A DNA stretch of 64,000 bases from Chloroflexota bacterium (GCA_965238265.1 OZ250185.1:1949255-2013254), one strand, 5' to 3'; counted from the first letter of the stretch, positions 1 to 11,199 are shown. Program-made: numbers and translations. The notes: generated from the letters alone by a model not told the origin.

Positions 1-14
1 TGCGCCGGCTGCCG

Positions 15-1850
15 TTGATCCTGACGGGGAGCGAAGCTACTGCCGTGGGGCTTGTGCAGTGGGGGCGCCGGGAATACATCATTGCCGGCGGCCCGGGCCA
101 GTTGGGCGTGAACGAGTACGACTACGCGGCTGACCTGGTGATGGCGCAAGCCTTCGATCAGCGGACGGGGTTCTTGCGCTATAGCCGCTACGCCTGGCCG
201 CTGCTGGGGCTGGCCATCCTGGGAGCAGTTTTCCGGCCTGGTCGTGCGCTGGTGCCGGCCGCGGTGCTGCTCTATGTCGTGCTCGTGTCTGTAGGAACGA
301 ACAACCCGACAGTTCGCTTTCGCTACCCGGTGACCTGGGCGATCTATCTCCTCGCCGCGGCTGGCGCGGCCGACCTCTTCACGACGCTCCGCGCCGCGCT
401 GACGACTCCTGCCGGTCATTGGCACGGCCGGTGGCCCACGCCACCGGTCTGGCTCACAATGCGGCGTGGCCAACTGCCATTGCTTGTCGCACTGCTCGCC
501 ACGGTGGTCGTGCTGGTGGCCCTGGCTGCGGGGCGCAGTGCCTTCGCTCGTCGTCCGCTGGTGGTTCAACCCCTGGCCACACTCAGCGGCACGGGGCCGC
601 CGCTGAGTGCGCTGCTTGATGTTGCGCGTGCCAGCACGCCGCAGCTGGCACCAGCACCACGGGCCGCGGTCTTGCTTCTCGCCGCCGACCAGGCCGTTGA
701 TGTGGTGGGGCCGGCGGATGACCAGCCGGATGGCCAGAGCGATCAGGCCATCCTGCTCGCGCTTGGTCAGGAGGTGGATGGCCAGCGCGTAACCTTCGTT
801 GAACTCCGGGACTCTGCCGGTACCATTTGGGATACGACGGGGTGGTATGGCGCTCTACTCGTCTTCCAGCTTGAAGGTGGCGCGGTACTGTCGCCGCGGG
901 CTGTACCAGGGCTTTTGCCCCCGCAACTACTTCGTGGTGACCATCTTCTGCTCCTCGCCGCCGCGATGAACACGCCGGCCTTTCGCGAGGTGACTCTCCA
1001 TTTCCGCGATGGTCGAAGCCGTGCGTATCCGATTGATACAGACCCCTTGCCAGCTAGCCATGTAGCCTCTACCCAGGAGCTGACGCCGGAGCAATGGCTG
1101 GCGAGCTACTCGGCACCGGACGCTCGCGTCGCCGTCATACACCGGGAAGTGGGCATGATTATGGCGGCAAACTTGGCCCCCCACGCTGCACTGCAGTCCA
1201 TTGAGCTACCGGCCGATGACCGGGCCGCGATCCGCAAGTGGCTGCACGCTGGAACGCTGGAACGCTACGCTATCCAGTACGTCTGGGTGGGTAACTCTGT
1301 GGCTCTCAAGGGTGAAGCGGCTACCGCCGTGCGCGACCCCACCCGCCTGCGTCCGGTTCTGCTCCAGGTGCATTCTGGCGAGTGCCCGGTGCGCTGGCGG
1401 GGCTTGTTCGTCGTCGCCAGCTCCGCAGCGGCGACCGGCGCCCCGCTGGTACCGCTGACTATCCCGCACCCGCTCCGTGACGACGAGTTTCAGGGAGCGC
1501 TCCGCTTTGGCGCCGGAGCGGCCGGGCCGCTAGCGCCGGGCAGCGCAACGACGGTGTGGCTGGAAGTGACTAACCGGAGTACGCAGCGTTGGTACGGGAC
1601 GTGCAGTAGCCCGGCCTATCCGGTAGGGGTAGCGGTGGAGGGGCGGCGCTCGCCGGAGACCCCCTGGTCGCTCGCTGGGGAGGCGCTGCTGACGCACGAC
1701 CTACCGGCCGGAGGGACGGCCGAGGTGGCGGTGGAGATCACTGCCCCGCGCGAAGCGGGTCGGTACGAGCTGCGAGCACGCCTCGTCCAGCGGCCGGATC
1801 GCGTCTCGCCCACTACGCCGGCTACCGCGAGCCTGGTGGTCTCGGATTAG
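15..1850 (+). CDS. hypothetical membrane-anchored or secreted protein; the reading frame is open to the window edge, so it is probably 5'-partial. N-terminal TM helices are followed by a beta-rich C-terminal domain.
   Basis: The ORF has no stop upstream of nt 15. Hydrophobic segments are visible (LLGLAILGAVF, VLLYVVLVSV, LLVALLATVVVLVALAA). No catalytic motif was recognised. Confidence 0.4.
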   Translation: MILTGSEATAVGLVQWGRREYIIAGGPGQLGVNEYDYAADLVMAQAFDQRTGFLRYSRYAWPLLGLAILGAVFRPGRALVPAAVLLYVVLVSVGTNNPTVRFRYPVTWAIYLLAAAGAADLFTTLRAALTTPAGHWHGRWPTPPVWLTMRRGQLPLLVALLATVVVLVALAAGRSAFARRPLVVQPLATLSGTGPPLSALLDVARASTPQLAPAPRAAVLLLAADQAVDVVGPADDQPDGQSDQAILLALGQEVDGQRVTFVELRDSAGTIWDTTGWYGALLVFQLEGGAVLSPRAVPGLLPPQLLRGDHLLLLAAAMNTPAFREVTLHFRDGRSRAYPIDTDPLPASHVASTQELTPEQWLASYSAPDARVAVIHREVGMIMAANLAPHAALQSIELPADDRAAIRKWLHAGTLERYAIQYVWVGNSVALKGEAATAVRDPTRLRPVLLQVHSGECPVRWRGLFVVASSAAATGAPLVPLTIPHPLRDDEFQGALRFGAGAAGPLAPGSATTVWLEVTNRSTQRWYGTCSSPAYPVGVAVEGRRSPETPWSLAGEALLTHDLPAGGTAEVAVEITAPREAGRYELRARLVQRPDRVSPTTPATASLVVSD

Positions 1851-1987
1851 GCCCAGTCTTGAGGCCATATCATCAAGATTGCACAGACCTGTAACATCTC
1901 CGGCCCTCCCGGCCAAGTAGTTTTATAAGGCCAGGAGAAGTTGGCAGCCTCGGCTGCGAGGGCCTAGCCGGGTGACGGGAGAGGCGC

Positions 1988-2689
1988 GTGACGCGAGAGG
2001 TGGCGCACGGTGCGCCGGTGACTGTCTCGGAGACTGCCGATGACGACGCCAGAGCCGCACCACCTGTATCCAGCGGATCGTGCGGCTCTGGCGCGTCACC
2101 AGGTGCCGTCTTGGGCACCGCAATTGAGCGCGACTTTGTGAGTCTTCAGCGCGCGGTGGAGCTGCTCGTGTGGTGCTTCCTCGTGCGACAGGGTCGTCCG
2201 CTCAACCATGCGGCGCTCCGTACTACCGCGGAAGACGTACTCCAAGAGGCTATCGCCCGCGTCCTGAAGCGGTCGGCGGCGTATGATCCGCAGCGCTCGG
2301 CCCACGCCTGGGTGGTTGGGTTTGCCATCAAGGTGCTCCAGGAGCGGCGGCGGCGTGAGCTACGCGAGCAGCAGTATCTCGCTGCCGATACTGGCAGTGA
2401 TTCCCCGGGGGCAGAGCGTACTCCCGACGCACTGCTGGAGCGCGTCAGCGACCTGGCAACGACCGACCGGCAAGGGCTGCTGGAGCTGCTCGATCTCGTG
2501 AACGCTACCGACCGGCGAGTCCTCACGTTGCGGTTTGTGTATCGGCTGCGCGGGCTAGAGTTGGCACAGGCGTTGGGTATCTCTCACGGCGCCGCGCGCA
2601 CGCGGGTGAGCCGGGCGTTGAGCCACTTGGCCACTGCCTATCACCGGGCCGACCGGTTCGCTGGAGATGGCGCGGCAGAGGAGGGTTAG
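1988..2689 (+). CDS. RNA polymerase sigma-70 family (ECF) sigma factor
   Basis: A region-2-like segment (DVLQEAIARVLKRSAAYDPQRSAHAWVVGFAIKVL) and a region-4 helix-turn-helix (RRVLTLRFVYRLRGLELAQALGISHGAARTRVSRAL) are present. The gene has a GTG start. Confidence 0.8.
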   Translation: MTREVAHGAPVTVSETADDDARAAPPVSSGSCGSGASPGAVLGTAIERDFVSLQRAVELLVWCFLVRQGRPLNHAALRTTAEDVLQEAIARVLKRSAAYDPQRSAHAWVVGFAIKVLQERRRRELREQQYLAADTGSDSPGAERTPDALLERVSDLATTDRQGLLELLDLVNATDRRVLTLRFVYRLRGLELAQALGISHGAARTRVSRALSHLATAYHRADRFAGDGAAEEG

Positions 2690-2691
2690 CG

Positions 2692-3927
2692 ATGCCAGAT
2701 ACCAATGGCGTAGACCCTGAGCTACAGCGGGAGCTGGTGCTGTGCCGCTATGTGCAGGCATTTGACCATGGGGACTTGGCTGCCCTGGCCGCTGCCTTGG
2801 CGCAGGCGGCGGACGATCCGGAGCTTGACCGACAGATCATGGCGGTGAATACGGCCCTGCACAGCGAGGCGGGACTCCGGCCGTTGGCGGAGCCGGCGGC
2901 GTTCGCCGCCCGTCGTAGCCGTAATGGTGAGCTTGTTACCGAGACAGTTGGGGCCGCTGCTGCCGTCGGGCCGGACAGCCGCGCCCAACCGCGCTCGCTA
3001 AGGCCGGCGATCAATGGCCGGCAGAAAGGGGAAGAGCCGATGGAAGTTTCGAGACCGCGTTCCTGGCTGGCGTGGCTGGCCGGCCAGTGGCGCTGGCGGC
3101 TGACCGCTGCTGTAGCCGTCGTGGCGGTGCTCCTAGGGGGCGTGCTGGCGACACCGGCCGGTCGTGCGGTGGCGACGGAGCTGCTTGGGCAGTTCCGGGT
3201 GCAGAAGTTCGCGCTCATCACGGTCGCGCCGCAGGACCCGACGGCAAACTTTGCCAGCCTGGAGCAGCTTGGCACCTTACATGTGCCCGAACATATGCAG
3301 GAGGGGAATACGGAGGCAACCGGCGTTGCCGCAGCCGCGGAGCAAGTCGGCTTTACCGTCCGGCAGCCCGCACACCTCCCCTCCGGACTGTCGGCAGACC
3401 CGCAGGCCCACACGACGCTGGCCTCCACGGTGAGCTTCACCGTGGAGCGGGATAAGGCCCTGGCCTATCTGGCGGAGCAAGGTCACTCCGACATCGCCGT
3501 GCCGGAAGCGCTGGACGGCGCCACGATTCACCTGACCATATCGGCGGCCGTGCTGTTGGCCTACGGTGATGACGCTGGGCAGGTGTCTCTGGTTGTCGGC
3601 CAGTCGCCTAGCCCTACGGTGAGTGTGTCCGGCGGTGCGACGCTGGAGCAGTTCCGCTCGTTCCTGTTGAGCGTGCCGGGCCTCCCGGCCGATACGGTAG
3701 CCCAGCTGCGGGCCATTGACGACTGGACGCAGACGTTGCCGATCCCCGTACCGCAAGATGAGGCCGTCTCCCGGCACGTCACGGTTGCCGGTGCTCCTGG
3801 AGTGAGCGTGCAGGATGCCCAGACGCGACACGGGGTCATTCTGTGGCAGCGTGACGAGATGGTGTATGGAGTTGGCGGAAGCTACGGTGAGCAAGAGCTG
3901 CTGGCCGTCGCCGCCTCTCTACAGTAG
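2692..3927 (+). CDS. putative anti-sigma factor / single-pass membrane protein cotranscribed with the ECF sigma factor
   Basis: It starts 3 nt after the sigma factor's stop. There is a single TM helix (WRWRLTAAVAVVAVLLGGVLA) about 125 aa into the protein. The sigma / anti-sigma gene order is typical. Confidence 0.5.
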   Translation: MPDTNGVDPELQRELVLCRYVQAFDHGDLAALAAALAQAADDPELDRQIMAVNTALHSEAGLRPLAEPAAFAARRSRNGELVTETVGAAAAVGPDSRAQPRSLRPAINGRQKGEEPMEVSRPRSWLAWLAGQWRWRLTAAVAVVAVLLGGVLATPAGRAVATELLGQFRVQKFALITVAPQDPTANFASLEQLGTLHVPEHMQEGNTEATGVAAAAEQVGFTVRQPAHLPSGLSADPQAHTTLASTVSFTVERDKALAYLAEQGHSDIAVPEALDGATIHLTISAAVLLAYGDDAGQVSLVVGQSPSPTVSVSGGATLEQFRSFLLSVPGLPADTVAQLRAIDDWTQTLPIPVPQDEAVSRHVTVAGAPGVSVQDAQTRHGVILWQRDEMVYGVGGSYGEQELLAVAASLQ

Positions 3928-3932
3928 CGACC

Positions 3933-4988
3933 ATGGATTCACGTACCGATGGGCCGATGCCCGGCCAGGTCGGCACAGTCCCAAGTAGCGATGGTGGCGC
4001 CGACCTGGCTGGGCCAGCCGAGCGGTCGGGATGGGCCATCGAAACCGAGGGGCTGCGGAAGGTCTATGGCCGCTTCGTAGCCTTGGCAGACCTCACGCTC
4101 CGCGTCGCACCCGGTGAGGTCTTCGGCTTTCTCGGCCCGAACGGAGCCGGCAAGACGACGGCGCTCAAAATCCTGCTCGGCTTGGCCGCCGCGACGAGCG
4201 GTAGCGCGCGCGTCCTGGATCGTCCGGTTGGCGACCGGGCCGCGCGGCGGGACATCGGCTACCTACCGGAGCACTTCCGTTTTCCCGACTGGCTGACCGG
4301 CAGCGAATTCGTGGATGTCCATGGCCGCCTCGCCGGGCTGTCGCGCACCGAGCGCCGCGAACGGGTGCCCCAGGCGCTGGCCACCGTCGGGCTGACGGCG
4401 GCGGCCGGTAAGCAGCTCCGCACCTACTCGAAGGGGATGCAACAGCGCGTCGGGCTGGCGCAAGCCATTGTCCACCGGCCCACGCTGGTCTTCCTGGACG
4501 AGCCAACCTCTGCGCTCGACCCGATTGGCCGCCGCGATGTGCGTAATCTGATCAGCCGGCTCCGCGACGAGGGCGTGACGGTCTTCCTCAATTCGCATCT
4601 CTTGAGCGAGGTGGAGCTGGTGTGCGACCGCGTGGCCATCGTGAACCACGGTCGAGTGGTGCGTTCAGGGGCGTTGGCCGACTTGCTCGCCGGTGAGCAT
4701 GTGCTGCGGCTCACGGTAGACAGCGCTACCGCGGAGCTTGTGGCGGCCCTCCGCGCTTGGGGCGCCGTCGAGCGCCTGGACGAGCGGGTGACGACGCCGG
4801 AAGCGCCGGCCCGTCAGGAGCTACGGATCGTCACGTCGGGACCGGAAGTCGCCCCGGCGGTGGCCGCGGCGGTCGTCGAGCAGGGTCGTCAGCTATTCGC
4901 ATTGGTCCCCGAGCAGCACTCCCTGGAAGAGGTCTTTCTGAGTGCTCTTGGCGCCGAGGCAAGTGAAGGGGAAGACGCGACGCCATGA
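3933..4988 (+). CDS. ABC transporter ATP-binding protein
   Basis: Walker A (GPNGAGKTT), the ABC signature (YSKGMQQRVGLA) and Walker B (LVFLDEPTSALD) are all present. The stop overlaps the start of the next gene (ATGA). Confidence 0.9.
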   Translation: MDSRTDGPMPGQVGTVPSSDGGADLAGPAERSGWAIETEGLRKVYGRFVALADLTLRVAPGEVFGFLGPNGAGKTTALKILLGLAAATSGSARVLDRPVGDRAARRDIGYLPEHFRFPDWLTGSEFVDVHGRLAGLSRTERRERVPQALATVGLTAAAGKQLRTYSKGMQQRVGLAQAIVHRPTLVFLDEPTSALDPIGRRDVRNLISRLRDEGVTVFLNSHLLSEVELVCDRVAIVNHGRVVRSGALADLLAGEHVLRLTVDSATAELVAALRAWGAVERLDERVTTPEAPARQELRIVTSGPEVAPAVAAAVVEQGRQLFALVPEQHSLEEVFLSALGAEASEGEDATP

Positions 4989-5863
4989 GCCATCCCGTCG
5001 TCCTCGTCGCGGAGCTGACGGTCCGTGAAGCCGCTCGCCGGCGCATTTTCCTGGCCATCATCGTGCTCAGTCTGCTGTACGTGGCGCTCTTTGGCCTCGG
5101 GTTCGCCTTCTTGATTGAGGAGATCGAGCGGGAGGAGGCCGCCCGACCGGCCTCGGAAGCGGCACAGCAGGCCGTAGCGTTGGTGCCGCCGATCATGACG
5201 ACCCTGGGCATCTACGGTCTCAACCTCATGGCCGGTGGCGCCGCGCTGTTCTTGGGCGCCGGCACCCTCGCGGGCGAAGTGGCGTCTGGGCTAATGCAGG
5301 TGGTGGCTGCCCGGCCGTTGCGTCGCGGGGATATCGTGGTCGGCAAATGGCTAGGCTTGCTGGTCATTGCCACGCTCTACATGGCCGGAACGTTCGCGCT
5401 GCTGCTGCTCGTCGTGTGGGTACTGTCGGGCTACACGCCGCCGCTGCCGCTGCCGGCCATTGGACTGCTCCTGCTGGAGATGGCCTTGCTGCTGGCTATC
5501 GCGCTGCTGGGAAGTGCGCTCTTCTCCACGGTGACGAACGGCATCATCATCTTCATGCTGTACGGCGCGGCTTGGATCGGCGGGTTTATCGAGCAGATTG
5601 GCTCGCTGCTGCAGAGTGACGTCATGGTCAACCTGGGCATTGTCGTGAGCTTGCTGATGCCCAGCGACATCCTCTGGCGTGCGGCCTCGTTCTACTTGCA
5701 GCCGGCCCAGCTGCTCTTGCTGCAGAACGCGGCGGCGAGTGGTAGTGGCCTGCCGTTCGCCGCGAGTGCGCCCACTGCCCCGGCCATGCTGATCTGGGCC
5801 GGCCTGTACAGCGTAGCGGCGTTAGGCGGAGCTATCGCCGTCTTCAGCCACCGCGACCTGTAG
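4985..5863 (+). CDS. ABC-2 family transporter permease
   Basis: It is a polytopic membrane protein with six hydrophobic segments and is translationally coupled to the upstream ABC ATPase. Confidence 0.75.
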   Translation: MSHPVVLVAELTVREAARRRIFLAIIVLSLLYVALFGLGFAFLIEEIEREEAARPASEAAQQAVALVPPIMTTLGIYGLNLMAGGAALFLGAGTLAGEVASGLMQVVAARPLRRGDIVVGKWLGLLVIATLYMAGTFALLLLVVWVLSGYTPPLPLPAIGLLLLEMALLLAIALLGSALFSTVTNGIIIFMLYGAAWIGGFIEQIGSLLQSDVMVNLGIVVSLLMPSDILWRAASFYLQPAQLLLLQNAAASGSGLPFAASAPTAPAMLIWAGLYSVAALGGAIAVFSHRDL

Positions 5864-5883
5864 AGTAGCCAGGGGCCAGGACC

Positions 5884-5908
5884 GTCATTGCGGCGCAAGC
5901 CGCAATCC
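5884..5908. repeat. dRS3-like palindromic repeat (gtcattgcggcgcaagccgcaatcc), one member of a multi-copy family
   Basis: The inverted repeat tcattgcggc / gccgcaatcc was seen directly. Related copies occur at 11176, 17177, 30197, 40476, 40519, 59228 and 63821. Confidence 0.8.
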
Positions 5909-5985
5909 AGTACCGAGGGCCTGGACTGCGGCTGCTGCCGCAGTGACGAGACGGGAACCCTTTTACGCCATCACCCGGCGGGTCA

Positions 5986-6384
5986 TTAGCCGCAGTACCG
6001 GAACATGGAGAGCGGCCCATTCCTCGACGGATAGATGAGGGTTTCTTCTCTGGCACCTCCTCTTCCCAGGTCAAAGGAAAGGTCGGCGAGGCGAAGGTCG
6101 GAAAGGAATCCCCCCTCAATGTCGGTGATGCTCCCGCTCTCGATTCTTCGGGAAAGCTGGCGCGCCAGGTATTGCGCTAGGGAGGTATGTTGGCCTACAC
6201 CGAGACCACCTATTGGCCAGCCTTTGTCCCGCCGAATCTCTGGAGCGCGACGGTCAAATTCAATGGCCAATTGGTATGCCGTCAGGAAGGGGCGGCCGAG
6301 GTGGTGCCCGGGTGGGTTAGATTCGAGGCCTCCGAGAATCTCCCTGACGTGGTTTTCAACATGGTAGTCTTCCCAATCACTCAT
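5986..6384 (-). CDS. hypothetical protein in a lower-GC patch. It occupies the position downstream of prfA where prmC is often found.
   Basis: It is a 132-aa ORF with a TAA stop and a local GC content visibly lower than flanking DNA. No recognisable motifs were found. Confidence 0.45.
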   Translation of the reverse strand: MSDWEDYHVENHVREILGGLESNPPGHHLGRPFLTAYQLAIEFDRRAPEIRRDKGWPIGGLGVGQHTSLAQYLARQLSRRIESGSITDIEGGFLSDLRLADLSFDLGRGGAREETLIYPSRNGPLSMFRYCG

Positions 6385-6452
6385 TCCGTCCTCCAGTCAA
6401 CTGGCTGATGCGACTGTGGTGCAGGGCGGCAATCTCACGACGGGCCAAGGCG

Positions 6453-7538
6453 CTACCCGACGGCGGCGAGGCGCTCGGCTTGGTCCGCTTGAGCGAGCGC
6501 AGCGATGAGGTCATCGAGGGTGCCGTCGAGGATACTCGGCAGATTACTCGTCGTCAGGCGGACGCGGTGATCGGTCACGCGATCCTGAGGAAAGTTGTAG
6601 GTCCGGATCTTCTCGTTGCGGTCCCCGCTGCCGATCTGCGAGCGGCGGGCATCGCCGCGCGCCGCCGCCGCCTGGCGCCGCTGCTGATCGAGCAGGCGAG
6701 CACGCAATACGGCGAGCGCCTTCAGCCGGTTCTTCAGCTGCGAGCGCTCGTCTTGACAGGTCACTACCATGCTGGTGGGCCGATGGGTAATCCGTACCGC
6801 TGAATCGGTGGTATTCACGCTCTGACCGCCATGGCCTGACGAGCGGTACGTCTCGAAGATGAGGTCCTCGGGGTCAATCTGGACCTCCACCGCCTCCGCG
6901 ACCGGCAGCACGGCCACCGTGGTCGTGGATGTATGAATGCGCCCGCTGGCTTCCGTCGTCGGTACGCGCTGGACCCGATGCACACCGCTCTCATACTTGA
7001 GCTGGCTGTAGACACCGCGCCCATTCACTTGGAAGATGGCCTCTTTATGGCCACCGATCCCGGTTTCGTTGAGGTTCACAAGGTCAACCTTCCAGCGCCG
7101 GCGCTCGGCAAAGCGGACGTACATGCGGTAAAGCTCCGCTGCGAACAGCGCCGCCTCCTCGCCACCCGCACCGGCCCTGATCTCCACGATGACGGCCCGT
7201 TCGTCGTTAGGATCGGGGGGGAGCATGGCCAGCCGCAGGTCGTGGGTCACCTGCTCCACACGCTCCTCCAGCACCGCAATCTCGTCGCTTGCCAACTCAG
7301 ACAGCTCCGGGTCATCCGACTCGGCCAACACCGACCGTGCCCCCGCCAGCTCCTCATCGAGGCGACGCAGGTCACGGTATAGCGAGACGGTCTTCTCCAG
7401 ACGGCTCTGCTCTTGGCCGTATTCGCGCAGCAGCTTCGGGTTGGTGATGGTTTCGGGCGCAACAAGGAGGTCCCCAAGCTCTGCGTAGCGGGATTGTAGC
7501 TGGTCCAACTGATTAATCATGGCTACCGTTGGCGGCAT
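6453..7538 (-). CDS. prfA: peptide chain release factor 1
   Basis: The GGQ motif (SSGHGGQSVNTTDSAVRITHRPTS) is present, and the RF1-type tripeptide anticodon region (RVQRVPTTEASGRIHTS) identifies it as RF1 rather than RF2. Confidence 0.95.
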   Translation of the reverse strand: MPPTVAMINQLDQLQSRYAELGDLLVAPETITNPKLLREYGQEQSRLEKTVSLYRDLRRLDEELAGARSVLAESDDPELSELASDEIAVLEERVEQVTHDLRLAMLPPDPNDERAVIVEIRAGAGGEEAALFAAELYRMYVRFAERRRWKVDLVNLNETGIGGHKEAIFQVNGRGVYSQLKYESGVHRVQRVPTTEASGRIHTSTTTVAVLPVAEAVEVQIDPEDLIFETYRSSGHGGQSVNTTDSAVRITHRPTSMVVTCQDERSQLKNRLKALAVLRARLLDQQRRQAAAARGDARRSQIGSGDRNEKIRTYNFPQDRVTDHRVRLTTSNLPSILDGTLDDLIAALAQADQAERLAAVG

Positions 7539-7598
7539 GTGTACCTCGCTTAAGAAGTGAAGCCCCTGACCGGGAGTGCGTGCGTAAGGCTGGAGCTA

Positions 7599-8615
<1,017 letters not shown>

Positions 8616-8712
8616 CTGTGGCCGTCCTATGGCCGTTCTGTCTGCTGTGGCCGTCCTACCTACCCAAAGCGTACTCGCCGCCCGCGCCTCCTGGCGTACT
8701 ACTCACTACGTC

Positions 8713-8746
8713 AAAAGAAGGTAGAGCCGGATCAACCCTACCTTCT
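8713..8746 (-). terminator. rho-independent terminator-like hairpin following rpmE
   Basis: On the minus strand, a 9-bp stem (agaaggtag ... ctaccttct) is followed by a TTTTGACG stretch. Confidence 0.5.
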
Positions 8747-8767
8747 CCTATGGTGAACGTCGGTGTG

Positions 8768-9040
8768 CTAACCGGCGCTGGCGGTGGCCTCGTTTGCCTC
8801 GACCGCGGCTGTATCGTCGCCCGCGCCGGGCACCTCCGATGCCAAACCAAAGCGGCGATGAAAGCGCTCGACTTGACCGGCCGAATCGACGATGCGCTGC
8901 TGGCCCGTGAAGAAGGGGTGGCAAGTTGAGCACAGCTCCACCCTGATCTCCGGCCGTGTCGAGCCTGTCGTCCAAGTGTTGCCGCAGGAGCAAATGACCT
9001 TCGCGTCGTCATAGTAGCGCGGATGGATGTCCGATTTCAC
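8768..9040 (-). CDS. rpmE: 50S ribosomal protein L31, Zn-ribbon (C+) form
   Basis: The sequence VKSDIHPRYYDDAKVICSCGNTWTTGSTRPEIRVELCSTCHPFFTG carries a CxC...CxxC motif. Start was taken at the GTG (VKSDIHP); the track ORF extends further upstream, to 9085. Confidence 0.9.
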   Translation of the reverse strand: MKSDIHPRYYDDAKVICSCGNTWTTGSTRPEIRVELCSTCHPFFTGQQRIVDSAGQVERFHRRFGLASEVPGAGDDTAAVEANEATASAG

Positions 9041-9204
9041 GCTGATTACCTTTCGTCTGCGCCTCCCCGGCGATACTGTTGACACGCCAGGTATGGATTT
9101 ACCATGGTAAGTATATCACCGACCGACCGGCGCAAGCAGCCGTCAGCTATCAGCTTGCAACGGTGGCAGGAGCCACCCACGGGCTGACGGCTGATAGCTG
9201 ACGG

Positions 9205-9999
9205 CTACCGGGGCGGGGTGAGCCGGTGCAGGTCAACGACGAGCCGCTGTCCGAGACCGGCAAACGGCACGGACTGGACGGCATCGCTCCAACCGGCCTC
9301 ACGCAGCAGCGCCACGAAGAGGCCGCCGGCCTCGCGTCGTGGCTCGGCCAGCCAGAGCCATCCGCCCGGACCGAGCAGCCGGGGAACGAGCGCGGCGAGT
9401 GGTGCTACGTCGCGCTGCTCGTACAGCACGTCGGCCGCCAGGACCACGTCGTAGGGCGGCTCCAGCCACGCGCAGGGGTCGGGGCCACGCCAGCTGCCCA
9501 GCTTTGTGACGAGCGAGACGCCGGCCAGCGTCTGGACATTGTAGGCGGCGAACGCCAGGGCATCCGGCTCGCAATCCACGGCCAGCAGATCGGCGCCCGC
9601 GACGAGCGCCGCCGCGGCGGTCAGTCCCAGACCACAGCCCAGCTCCAGCACACGCTGCCCAGCGAGGGCATCGGCCGTCAGAACGGCCTCGGCGAGCACC
9701 TGCCCGGCGGGCCAGAGCTGCGCCCAATAGGGCAGCCGGTCGTCGTCGTTGGGCAGGATGGAGTCAATGAGCGAGTCGGGATCGGCTAGCCCCAGCACGG
9801 CCCACGAGCGACCGCCTACCTGCACCGGTGTTTGGCCCAGCCGGTAGCGCGCGGCGAGCCGGTCGCGCAGCGGAGCCGCACCGTATACTGCTGTCTCGGC
9901 TGAGGCCTCTGCGCGTCGCCCTGGAGCGGGAAGCGGCTCCGGCTTACCAGGGCGGCCCCACAGTCCGCGGCGGCGCCGTGCCGCCTGCCGGCTACGCAT
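9205..9999 (-). CDS. class I SAM-dependent methyltransferase (Methyltransf_16-like)
   Basis: Motif I (VLELGCGLGL), a post-I acidic residue (AVDCEPD) and the segment LEPPYDVVLAADVLYE are present. This is not the NPPY motif of HemK. Confidence 0.65.
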   Translation of the reverse strand: MRSRQAARRRRGLWGRPGKPEPLPAPGRRAEASAETAVYGAAPLRDRLAARYRLGQTPVQVGGRSWAVLGLADPDSLIDSILPNDDDRLPYWAQLWPAGQVLAEAVLTADALAGQRVLELGCGLGLTAAAALVAGADLLAVDCEPDALAFAAYNVQTLAGVSLVTKLGSWRGPDPCAWLEPPYDVVLAADVLYEQRDVAPLAALVPRLLGPGGWLWLAEPRREAGGLFVALLREAGWSDAVQSVPFAGLGQRLVVDLHRLTPPR

Positions 10000-10035
10000 T
10001 GCTCATCCTAGCCGGCCAGAGCTTCCTGTACCGAG

Positions 10036-11127
10036 GTGCTCGGAAGTAGCTCTGGCCCCGCTACCATGCTGTCTATGACCATCCAACCGCCACCATCCAT
10101 CAGCCTCGCGCCGTCGCGCCTCCGGCGTGTACACGCCGGCTTGCTGCGCTGGTATCAGGAGCAAGGCCGCCGCCTTCCCTGGCGGCAGACACGCGACCCC
10201 TATGCCATCCTAGTCGCCGAGATGATGCTCCAGCAAACGCAGGTGGACCGCGTGGTGCCCAAATACGCGGCGTTTCTGGCTACGTTTCCCACGATTGCTG
10301 CGCTGGCCGCGGCTTCGCGCGGCGAGGTGATCCGCCACTGGGCCGGGCTGGGTTACAACCGGCGAGCTGTGCATCTGCACCGGATTGCCCAGCAGGTGGT
10401 AGCGAACCATGACGGTAAGCTCCCGACCGACCCGGCCACCCTCCGGACCTTGCCGGGCATCGGCCGCTACACGGCCGCGGCCGTCGCCTGCTTCGCAGCG
10501 GAAGCGCCGGTGCCGGTGTTGGACACCAACGTCCGCCGCGTGCTGGGACGGGTCTTTCTGGATACCTGGCTCGATGACGACGGCCGGACGGAGCCGCCCC
10601 CTGAGCACACCGGTTGGCTTCTGGCCGAGGCCGCGTTGCCGCCTCAGACTGCCTACGCCTGGAACCAAGCGCTCATGGACCTCGGTGCGACCGTCTGTAC
10701 CGCCGCGCGTCCGGCGTGTCGCGTGTGCCCCCTCGCTCCGGTATGCGCCTATCGCCAACGGCTATTGGCAACCACCGAGCTAGGCCCGCTGTTCGGTGGT
10801 GCGGGCGCCGAAACGCCGGCGCGCCAGGCAGCAGAGGAATCCGGGTCATACCGAGCCGGCGCGTCAAAGGCCGAGCCGTTCGAGGGCAGTCGCCGCTGGT
10901 ACCGCGGGCGCATCCTGGCCAGCCTACGCACGCTGCCGCGCGGGGAGACGGTCGCTCTGGCCCGGCTCGGTCCGCAGCTCCGGGCGGACTTTGCGCGCGA
11001 CCACATAGGATGGCTCGCCGACCTCCTCCTAGCCCTGGCCGATGATGGGCTAGTGGAGTGCCGCGGGGGCCTGCGCGGCGCCGACACCGACGCGCTAGGG
11101 GACGTTGAGGTTGCGCTACCGGCCTAG
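10036..11127 (+). CDS. mutY: A/G-specific adenine DNA glycosylase
   Basis: The HhH-GPD domain (LPGIGRYTAAAVACFA ... VLDTNVRRVLGRVF), a 4Fe-4S cysteine cluster (CTAARPACRVCPLAPVCAY) and a C-terminal NUDIX-like domain are all present. Confidence 0.9.
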   Translation: MLGSSSGPATMLSMTIQPPPSISLAPSRLRRVHAGLLRWYQEQGRRLPWRQTRDPYAILVAEMMLQQTQVDRVVPKYAAFLATFPTIAALAAASRGEVIRHWAGLGYNRRAVHLHRIAQQVVANHDGKLPTDPATLRTLPGIGRYTAAAVACFAAEAPVPVLDTNVRRVLGRVFLDTWLDDDGRTEPPPEHTGWLLAEAALPPQTAYAWNQALMDLGATVCTAARPACRVCPLAPVCAYRQRLLATTELGPLFGGAGAETPARQAAEESGSYRAGASKAEPFEGSRRWYRGRILASLRTLPRGETVALARLGPQLRADFARDHIGWLADLLLALADDGLVECRGGLRGADTDALGDVEVALPA

Positions 11128-11175
11128 GAGTGGCCAGTGGTCATTGGCACCACGCCATGAAAATAACCGCTATCC

Positions 11176-11199
11176 GTCATTCCCGCGTGCGCGGGAATC
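11176..11199. repeat. dRS3-like palindromic repeat (gtcattcccgcgtgcgcgggaatc)
   Basis: The inverted repeat tcattcccgcg / cgcgggaat was seen directly. Confidence 0.8.

Noticed and set aside
9088-9206. Plus-strand TTGACA ... TAAGTAT promoter-like sequence and a 16-bp perfect inverted repeat (gccgtcagctatcagc / gctgatagctgacggc) between rpmE and the methyltransferase gene
   Set aside because: The spacing between the -35-like and -10-like elements is about 23 nt, and no plus-strand gene follows. The inverted repeat is more simply explained as the transcription terminator of the minus-strand methyltransferase gene, so it was not listed as a separate feature.
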